Below, in pieces: positions 20,267-29,638 of a stretch of 29,638 nt of DNA. The notes under the pieces are model-generated. The model was not told the origin of the DNA, ran no database searches, and saw only the letters and a program-made list of their open reading frames with translations. Location: assembly GCA_009103225.1 (NCBI GenBank), contig RHPI01002069.1, forward strand, positions 366,397 through 396,034, read 5' to 3'. This DNA is from Chlorokybus atmophyticus (taxonomy: Eukaryota; Plantae; Mesostigma and Chlorokybus algae). The translations under genes and the position numbers were made by a program. Every line of letters starts with the position of its first letter. Positions within the stretch are counted from its first letter, which is position 1.

Positions 20267-21515
20267 CTGATGCAAACCAGACGAAGAAACAATGCTTTGG
20301 TTTGTTGGAGAACGTACTGATTGATGTAACCAGGTGTTGACGGACAGTGTCTCGGTTCTCAAGCAACAGTGCCTTGATTTTTTTTCAAACGAAGCAACTA
20401 ATGCATAGATACACCAGATTGGCAGCTTCTGGGCAAAGTCAGTGCTTCGCCTGACCAAGGCACGTTATGCTCAGGATCATTCAAGTGTGTTCCACAAGTG
20501 TGAGAGGTTAGGCACAGCTTATGATTTTGACTCATCCATGAGTGAGAGACGCAGGCTTATGGACGATGACAAGTTTACAGTATGTGCAAAATCAAAAAGG
20601 CAGATTGCAATGCACGTTCATTCCCGCAATTGAATCCGGTCACTTGCTTCTGTCATGAGCATTTAACTTTGCAGTACTGTAATGGTAATTGTCATGAGAA
20701 GTGCGAGACTGCATGACAACGGTGAGCTATCGACACTTCCAAATGACTGCGTGAACTTTGGCTGATGGACACAAACATTACAACAACTTTTCTGCCAGCT
20801 GCTTCGGATGTGCATAATGATGAACGAAGCGACCAAAGCCAACACAACGATTCAAAAATGTTGATTACCCTTCTGCGCTCTCCGGTGGACATCTGGCACC
20901 ACTTTCAGCTGGGTGCTTTCGTTTCCTCTCCTTGCCTTTGCTGCCCAACTCCCAATTAACCAGCACCCAAGCCTAAAGTTGCCACAACCGTTCCACCGAA
21001 TCTGCTGATGCTAGCCACATCCTGGACGACGCCAACGCTGTGCGCAGCAACAACTCTATCCCCTCCTCTCCCAGCCACCTGGCACCACCCTCAGCAACCC
21101 GCCGCCGCCGCGGTGGGAAGAAGTTAAAATGATTGATCATCGCTATACCCAGTCAACTTCGCTGAAAGCTCAAACGGTCTGTGCTAACTGACGCCGCACG
21201 CACACCGTCGATCGGCGGAGCACAGTTGAATTGGACGACAACGGGTGGACCTGTCGCAACCAGCGCTCACGTGATCCGCCGTGTCACCATCTAACGTATG
21301 CCTACAGCCAGTCTCCACCGCACAAACGCTCGCACTAGACCTGTGCGCCGGCACAGGATAGAAATAGCCGCGAGCGAACACTCTCTCTCTGCCGCCGAGT
21401 GTCACGTGATGTGGAGAGGGACCTTGTGAGCAGGCCAAGTGGAGGCGCCACGTCTCAGACAAACGGCGGCGGCGGCGGTGGGCGTTGACTGGGTGGAGGC
21501 GGGTTCTACACAACA

Positions 21516-24500
21516 ATGGGTGTGCACGGTACGTGTGAGCTCAAGCAGAATAGCAGCAGATTCGCTGCTGTTGTTGTTTGGGCCGAGTAGCACTAAGTAG
21601 CAAAGGGCTGCCTGCATGCACTCACTGCTACCCTTACTTAAGTTCTGCTGACTTGTGAATTCTACGGTATGTTGCGCATATACACCCAAAGCAACCATTC
21701 TGTCATTGTACCCACTCACAGCCGTAAGGCCAAACGTCCTTCACACCATTGACGATACGAAGTTCACGAAGCAGAGGCTTTGGTGCAAGCCCACTATCCG
21801 AAAGCACGGGAATTCTTTGCATTTTGCAGTTCTGCGCAGTGGCAACCACATTCACAGGGTCGTTTGTGTGATGCCATCCTGATGTGCGCTGATGACCTAC
21901 AGGTATGGCATCGATGTCGCCTCAAACGGGCATGACAACAATGGCTGCGATGGCGTCGGGCACCGTCTCGCTGTTCGCAGCCCAGGAGCGCCTGTTGCAG
22001 CAGCTGCGTGCAGCAGGCACACAGGCCATAGACGTAAGTGCAATATAATGTTCCTTGTGTGTAAAACTCTGTTACCACGCACACGCACACGTACTCGCAC
22101 ATACGTGCGCATACGGACACGTATGAGCGCGTGCGCATACCCGCACACTCTGTCCCACACTTAACCGCACACACACATACACGCGCCCTTCCACCTTACA
22201 GAGTCTCGGTCGTCTTGCGCGTCACATCGAGTCCGGCGGCGCTCTGCCGACGTCCGCCTTGCCGTCAGTGCTGCAGGAATGCGGCGCCACACCAACAGAA
22301 CAGGCGAGGGGGTTTTGTGTGTGTTTGTGTATATGTGTTAAGTGCGTGCGCACTCGACCAACAAGAGTCGTTTGTGCTTATGTGCGGCTATTTGGGGCTC
22401 TTGCAGGAGCTGCAGAGGCTGCTGGAGAAGTACACCGACGAGCTCGGGGAGGTGGACGTGCGCGCTCTCCTCACAGGCATACGTGGGGAGGTACATACTT
22501 GCAGTTGTGTATCTGGTCTCCAACTTGATCAATGAGTGAATTCATCACAGCATAGCAATACAAAAACAACAACAGTCACTCATCGTCAACTCTGCCTGCT
22601 GTTGTGCAGATGAGTCAAAGCCGCACGGAACTTGTCCTCAAAGCCTTCTCCTCCATCGACAAGGCACGCAGCACACACGAACTTGAACGAACTACTCTCA
22701 TACTGCCACACATCCCACACTACCCACCTGTGCTCATATTGACATACAAGGACTGAACAACAGATGGGCGAGGGCATGGTGGCGGTGCGCGATGTGGCGG
22801 CAGCGTACAACGCAAGGTGCCATCCGGCCGTGATGGAAGCGCGCGCGAGTGAGGACGAAGCCCGTCAAGCATTCCTTGACCAGTATGCATCGCATCGCAA
22901 CTGAATCGTCTGTTGTCCATATCATGCTGGCGGTTGTTGGCATTTCCTCAACAAAGACTTTCCTGTTTTCTTGAATAGGTCGTTTGGGGCGTGTGCGGAT
23001 GTGAGTGCGGCGGAGTTCGTGCAGTACTACTCGCTGGTCAGCTGCGGCATGCACGACGACACACTCTTTCAGCTCATCATCTTCAAGGTGACTGTGACTC
23101 GCCGTGCTCGAGTCAGCCATATCTGACAATGCCGCCAAACATGTGCACATACACACCAACAAGCTTTTCATGCCACACTCAGCAGCACTCACATAGCCCC
23201 ACCACAATATTAACGTTTCTTCACTCGCCAGGACTGGAAAGTGACGCCAGACAACCACAACGTCGACGCCACAGAGACCAACGTAAGAGCCCTCACCACT
23301 CCCCCCACCCCACCTCTCCACACAAAAGCACCACTCACCCTCACAACTCTATCCCAGATCAAGACCCAGGTGTACAAGGGTCGCATCCGTCTGCGCGAAT
23401 TCTTCGTCGACTTCGACCGCCTGCGCAGCGGCTACGTCACGCCGGGACAGCTCAAGTCGGGCATGTCCGCGGCGGGAGTGAAGCTGCCTGCACGGGACCT
23501 GGAAGGCATCGCTGCCCTGGTGAGTGACCACTTCTTTTCTATGTTGTCAACTTTGATAGCAATGTTGTTGGTGTTGCAATGCATGATACGCATGGCAGTT
23601 GTGTGCAATGCAATTGTGTAACAACGTAGTTGGACTTTTGCGAGCTGCGTGCAGTGCACTGCAGCGGTAATGTTGAGGCATTCTTGACTGATGCTGTTGT
23701 TGTCGTGTCTGTGCAGTACACCAATCCTGAGGACAAAGTGAGGAGAGTCAACTACCGCGCATTCTGCGCGGAGATCGACTCCGTGTTCACCGCCTTCGAC
23801 CTGGAGAAAACACCCCTGCGTGAGGTACATCACCTTACCATTGTACCAATCCCCGCCCCCNNNNNNNNNNNNNNNNNNNNNNNNNNNNNNNNNNNNNGCC
23901 CCTTGCCACATGCTTGCCCACGTACACCCACACATGCATGCACGCAAACTTTTGTACGTGTACCTGCACATAAGCACCCATCCACACCCACACTCACACC
24001 CCCAGGTCCACATGGTTCCGAGCGAGCTTCTTGTGCCGGACCGTTTCCAGCGTTCGACGCGTCAGCTGGGCGACGACAAGGAGTCCCGTCTGGAGTCCAT
24101 CCTGGACAGGCTCGCCCGCGAGTGCCGCATCCGGAGGATTGCAGTGAAGCCCGTCTTCGACGACGCGTGCAGGAATCAGAACAGCCCCATGTCTGTACGA
24201 CACGTCACCAAGCAGCAGTTCCGCCAGGTAACAACACTATACACACTATGACACATTGTGAATGCACAGTGCAGCTTTCTTCTTCACGATGGTTGTATGT
24301 TGCTGCCACACGGAAGCAATGAGTTCCCCTTCATTATGGCTGCAATGGTTGTTGTTATTGTCAATTGACTCTATGTACTCACCAACAGTATGCTGTCCAA
24401 CTTGACTTAACGCACACAATGTTGTTTCGCTGTCTTCGTTGACCATTGTGCGATACTACAATGATGTGTTGACACTGTGAGTTTCCCGTGCAGGCGTGCG

Positions 24501-24706
24501 ACAGCAAGCTCGGTCTTCTGAGGCTTGGTCTGCTGCGCAGCGAGGAGGAGATGGAGCTGGTGATCGACAAGTATGACGACAGGATGGACGGGATGGTCAA
24601 CTACGTCGCCTTCGCGCACCGCATCGATCCCCCTGCTTCCTCTTCGGACAGCACCGCCAGGCCGAGCATGGCCACAGCCAACATGGCCACAGCTGCTGTG
24701 CACTAG
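21516..24706 (+). CDS. Calcyphosin-like multi-EF-hand protein (N-terminal exons uncertain)
   Basis: Phase-consistent exons 21903-22033, 22202-22303, 22407-22490, 22610-22663, 22764-22882, 22979-23087, 23232-23282, 23358-23519, 23717-23824, 24006-24227, 24494-24706. AFSSIDK-MGEG...YNARCHP, EFVQYYSLVS...DDTLF...W are calcyphosin-type; FVDFDRLRSGYVT and VNYRAFC/VNYVAFA are further EF-hand-like repeats. Candidate first exon ATGGGTGTGCACG|GTACGT at 21516-21528. Confidence 0.8.
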
Positions 24707-24764
24707 CTGCAGGCTGAGTCAGGCTGCACAACAGTCATGTCATAGCACGCCGATACAGGACTAG

Positions 24765-24769
24765 TGTAA
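24765..24769 (+). terminator. TGTAA poly(A) signal of the EF-hand gene
   Basis: Chlorophyte-type UGUAA about 60 nt after the TAG at 24704-24706. Confidence 0.5.
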
Positions 24770-25318
24770 TCATATCGACGTCAGAAACAGTTTTATGTAG
24801 TACGCGCATCTGCGCATCGTGAACACAGTGCTAGTGGTTCTCGAGTGTCTGTTGTGGACGTGTGCAGCGCACAGCTGCAGCAGTATTACATTGACAATTC
24901 ATGTGTTTGACCTCGGCTGCAAAGAGTTCCCGTGTACACAAATGTGAAGGGTCTTGTTTATATGTGCATGCTATCAAGTGATGAGAGCCATGACCACCTA
25001 TGTATTTGCTGTCAATTGCTGCTGTTCTGCATGCCTTTGCGTGCATGCCTGCCTGCACATGTCCAACAAAAGCCACATGCCACTGTATGCTGTGACTTGA
25101 GTGAAATTACACCTGTCATAATGCTGCTGTGTCACCATGCTTTCAGTTTCGGATCAGTGCAAATCACAACATAGTTGAAATCACGCAACACTGCACTCGG
25201 TCTGCTCCATCAGCACAGCTGAGGTTTGTGGTTACGGGTGCCAAATCTACGCTACAAGTGCAACATCTACCCGAAGTGCGTTTGATTTGCGTGCAATGCC
25301 CACCAGACAGAGTCCAGC

Positions 25319-27274
25319 TCAAGACAGGAGAAGGTCGTAGTGGTTCTCGCCGTTGTACAGCAGTCGCACGGGCTTCTTCTCTTTCTTGCCCTCTTTGGGC
25401 TCCAAGTACTCCCGCCCGTACACCTGGATGGGTAAGTACCCGCTCTTGAGGCTCGCTCGGGTCTGCACGCCGCGCTTGCCCGCGGGCAGGTACACAATGA
25501 TAGGCATCTTCAGCATCCGTGACAGAACCTGCGCAACCACAGTAATTGTGTACATTGTTGGTCTGCTATTGCATTGTACAGTCTCTTGCATACGAAGCTC
25601 AACCACACACAGGAGCACATCCAACGAACAGAGTGTTTCTCAATAGACAACATGCATACCAGCAACTCGGCTTCTCCTCCCCAGAAAGATGGCTTGATCA
25701 GGCGGTTACAGTACCTGCAGCACGCAATCACGCAAGCACCTGAGTTGCACTGTCATGCGACCGACACGTGTTGCACTGAGGCATGGCTGAGGCAAGCCAA
25801 CAGAAGCGTGCTCACTTGATCAAGGGCTCTTCCACAGTGACAGCCATAATGGCTTCCTCAAAGTCCTTCCTGCGTTTGTCATTGCGGCAAAGCGCGTCCA
25901 CCACTGCTATGCGCAACTCATCTGCTCACACACACAGCAAGAGCACATTCAAATGGTGGCCTTGATGAGCGTGTGGGCACAATTGTGCTGCCAACAAGCA
26001 TGCACAACATCAAGCACCTGCATCCTTCTCCTCATCATAACTGTTCACAACCTGGCCCTTGTTTGCGGCCAGCCCGAGCACCTGGAGAAGCATGTCATTC
26101 AGACCCACAATCACCATACCATACATCATACAGGCCTCTATGTATGCTGCACATGTCACAAAACCAACTCAGTGCCCCCATATCTTCTCATGCATGATGA
26201 TGAGAGACGCGACGCAAGCACAACATGTTAGGTTGGGTTGGATGGAGCAGCATCAAGCAATAGCACGCACCATAGCGCGAAACATACAGCGTCCATCCCC
26301 TCTCACACGCACAACCTGGTAGTGCTCCGGGATACGCGGTGCATCCCTGCCACGCAACTCCCTCAGCTTTAACCCAACAACAAACTTCAAACACATGACC
26401 AAGTCAAGTAGTCAAAAAGTTAATAAACCACTCTGCTTACGCCAGCTTGGTTGCGGCTTTGGTGAACACGAGCGGCCCCTGCTGCTGCTCTTCGTCACCG
26501 TTAGCAGGAGGAGCAATACGCCGCCTTCTTTGCCCGAAGAAACCCTCTTCACCAAACACCGCCCGCGTGATGGAGGCGAAGGGTAAGGGCACTGAGTGGA
26601 CGGTTCTGGCTTGCTGCGATTGCCGATGGACAAGCTCAAACACCGCCCTTTCACCACTGCCGCAACCCAACAGCTGTGATAGCAATGAGCTGAAAGGTCT
26701 GCTGCCTGCCAGAGTAAGAAACCACTATCAGCTGTGAACATTGCAGAGCAGTGAGTCTTAGCAATGCACAGCTTGGCAGCTGCACAGACGCTACAAGTGT
26801 ATGCAGTCACACAAGTGAAGGCCGTGCAGCAACAACAGCTGCACCAGCTTACGCTGTGGCTAGCACAAGGTGGGAGTGTTGAGATGCTTGAGGCACTAGC
26901 CATGCGCAATGTAGCAATCAGCATGAAGGGTGTCAACGAAGCTGTGCTGTGCTCTGGGCTCATGCTCAGCAGCACTGATCACCTCCAGCAGATCAAGCGG
27001 GTTTATGGCTCATGCTTCGGTCGCGCAGATCATGCAAGGCAAGTACACTGCTGTAGTAACACTCGAGTTGCAGGAGATGAACAGACCACACAGACACCAT
27101 CAAGCAACTGCTGCTGTCTCTTCTTCCCCCACCACCTGAGGCTGCAGCAGCAGAGGCTGAGAACGAAGCCGCAGCCGATCCGGCAGCGCCCGCGGCGTTT
27201 TGGATCAGACCTACGCCAGGAAGTGTGCAAAACCGCACACCGTCGCCGCCGCCACCGCCGCCGCCACCCCGCAT
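25319..27274 (-). CDS. OTU3: OTU-domain deubiquitinase, plant OTU3-like (5' exons tentative)
   Basis: Exons 26346-26271 (VRGDGRCMFRA, catalytic D/C), 26081-26018, 25921-25816 (DELRIAV), 25714-25660 (FWGGEAELL), 25528-25319 (LLYNGENHYDLL, catalytic H); tentative upstream exons 26705-26441 and 27274-27136 keep phase. Confidence 0.85.
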
Positions 27275-29181
27275 GGACGACCGCAACGACGACGATAGCA
27301 ATAGCAACGACGACGGCGGCAATGACGCGGCAATGTGGATTACTGTGATGATGGGATCAGTGAACGCGGTTCAGCGAGGTTCCAACGTGAACCCCGCTGG
27401 CGTCAGTCTGATCCCCATCCGGAATCGGCATTCCCGATTCAGGAATCAACCGTCAAAGAGAGACAAAACGATGTCCCGATAACAGCATTACAAAAACAGC
27501 ATGATAGACTGCATTCATAAACAGTCTGAGATGCATCATGCCCCTCAGACCAAAGGGCCCCATTATTTTACATACATAGGATTGAATCAACGCCTTGAAG
27601 ATATACTACCGGTACTTGTACTTTGATGTATGCTCAGATATGTACGGTCTCCCCCCCCCCCCCATTCAAAGACTGCAATTTATATTGGTATGATTATTAT
27701 TGGCATTTTACATTGAATGATATGTTTTTACTATGTATTGTTATGTTATGTATTGTTATTTCGCATGATGCCTTCGTACATATAAGACCAAAGCGAAAGA
27801 TTGCAAATTATGACCGCCATTTTTACAATGTGGAAGTATTTTGTTAAGAGCATGAGAATTTACTATTCAATTGAGAGATATCATGAATCAATTATATAAA
27901 AAAGCATAATCCAATTGCCACGTCATCAAAAAACGTACAATGACGTGGCAAGTGAATTGTGAGATAAGATGTTAAATTTTATCAATACAGTTTTTACTCA
28001 ATATGGTGTTAAGCTTTGCATGATTCACATATTTAAGCACGCACAGCGTAGCCTCTGCGCTCGGATTAATGCGAGCCAAACACGCTGGTTGTGGCAGACT
28101 GGCAGCGACAAAAATCAAGCATGCTCTCTTACGCGATAAAGTGCAAATGCTGGTTGACAATTAGACAATGCTGACGGAGTTGTTAGTGGCGTTCAATGTT
28201 AATATGCGTCACAATTATGGATCTATTATTCAAATAATTGATTGTATCATATTGCCACGCGATTGCAGATTGTACAACCACACGAGCACTTATAACATTT
28301 TAATGCAATATTTTGATGTCAATTAGTTCGTCCAGTATTAGTGGTTTCTCTAGCCAAATGCAATAGAACGACTTTACGACTGGGGTAAAGTGCCATAATT
28401 CCGCACAATTGCCTAATTTCAAACATTGCTTTGTACGCGTATTCAGGGGGCTGCGGTGGTTGCAAATGGCGGTCAAATCGTGCGTTTTTAAGGGTAGGTC
28501 ATGGGCTTGCCCGTGCCTACACCAACTGCTATGCTGATTGGGTGAGTGTTGGCTTGACATGAATTTTTCGACTGACCAACTTTTGGTGTTGCAGCACTTT
28601 TGATCTGACCTTGAAGTTACAAGGATTCTAGATGCGAAGGCCAAATGTGTGGCGGTATAGCTCAATGGAATGCCTAAGATGTCTAGTTATTGCCTTTTAA
28701 AGGTTAGTCTATCAGGTCAGCCATTTTTGAGTAATGGCGGGTAACGTGAAAGTGTGGTGAATTTGGTTTTAAAACAGTGCGTGAATGCACTGTGCAATTG
28801 CGTGTATGAGAGTGTGGTGGGGGGTGAAAGGCTTCTTGCCCTCCACTACGGTGGAGATGAGGTGTGGGAGACTGCAATGGGTTGCTGAATGAAGGGGGGG
28901 GTGTTGCAAGCCAAGATGCATGCATTTTGAGAGGGTGGAGGACTGCACAAGCCACATGGTAATCACCCGCTCAACGCGAGACACGCAAGATGGCACGCAG
29001 CTGCAAGAGGTGAGATTGGTGTTGCAATTGTGTACATGTGCAATAGCTTGCATGCAATGCTGTTAAGTGTGTGCAACACCATCTGCTATGTGCCCTATGC
29101 TATGGTTGTTCCTATTAAAATTATGTGCTATACTATGATATGCTATGATATGCTCTAGTACTCGCAGCTGAGGTTGCTCAC

Positions 29182-29590
29182 GTGCAGGAGTCCACCCCCG
29201 TGGCAGGCAAGCGACACTGCCCTACACCTTCAGCACCTGGTCCTACTAAAAAGTTGCGTGGACGCGGCAAGGCAGCACTACGCAGCATTGCAAACACGAT
29301 AAAGCAGCATGGCATGCAGCACATCAACTACCGAGGGCAAGGCTTGCTGCTAAAGATTGGTGTTGCTGTTGAAGTGCAATCTGGCATGTCCTTTAGACAA
29401 GCCGGTGAAACCCATGGTGTGCCAAAATCCACGCTATTCGACTACTTCGCACACCCTCAAAAGCATTAGCTGCCACGGAGTACAGGGCGCCCACCACTGA
29501 TGAATGGAGGAAGAGTTGGCACTTGTGGATTGGATCAACTGGTGTGCGGAAAAGCAGTACGCTGTCATCCGTGTCGCCTTGTATGCGCAG
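29182..29590 (+). pseudogene. pogo/CENP-B-type transposase N-terminus (psq-type HTH plus Tc5-type HTH), disrupted; continues beyond the window
   Basis: AVEVQSGMSFRQAGETHGVPKSTLFDY (29362-29442); TAG 29467-29469; GRPPLMN then +1 shift near 29506 to EEELALVDWINWCAEKQYAV; CAG|GTACCT donor at 29590/29591. Confidence 0.7.
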
Positions 29591-29638
29591 GTACCTGTAG
29601 TGTAAGTGTGTGTGTGGTGGGTGGGTGGGTGTAGGGGC

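Noticed and set aside
20870-20960. SPVDIWHHFQL resembling the start of a BED zinc finger
   Set aside because: Cys/His spacing does not follow and the frame stops within ~20 codons.
26764-27482. Plus-strand ORFs (194 aa, 85 aa) overlapping the OTU 5' region
   Set aside because: Low complexity, no recognisable motif, and explained as antisense of GC-rich OTU exons and intron.
27972-28665. Minus-strand ORFs of 62 and 121 aa in the AT-rich island
   Set aside because: No recognisable motif or splice structure.
1-29638. CRISPR arrays, rRNA, tRNA, telomeric arrays or prokaryotic operons
   Set aside because: None seen. The window is eukaryotic, and the primer-binding sites of both retroelements lie outside it.

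Overview
Eukaryotic, intron-rich DNA, most likely from a flagellated chlorophyte green alga. Evidence: an IFT57 gene, a plastid-type CLD1 hydrolase, TGTAA poly(A)-type signals and (CA/GT)-rich introns. Bases 1-8914 are a nest of two chromodomain-bearing Ty3/gypsy LTR retrotransposons. A young, nearly intact element (gag-TAG-pol, 342-bp 3' LTR) is inserted into the RNase H region of an older, frameshifted element. The 3' 1.25 kb of the older element appears twice, probably as an assembly artefact. Bases ~9000-12400 hold decayed, spliced-looking coding remnants. Four host genes could be reconstructed exon by exon with consistent intron phases: a CLD1-like alpha/beta hydrolase (-), IFT57 (-), a calcyphosin-like multi-EF-hand protein (+) and an OTU3-like deubiquitinase (-). 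There is also a Tc2/pogo-type MITE and a broken pogo-type transposase at the right edge. Most interesting: (i) gag and pol of element 1 are in frame and separated by a single TAG, followed by a ~135-aa domain ahead of the protease that resembles a degenerate Dam-like N6-adenine methyltransferase; (ii) its LTR is an array of back-to-back hairpins; (iii) five of the ~34 reconstructed introns seem to need GC donors. Family assignments come from recalled motifs; no searches were run.
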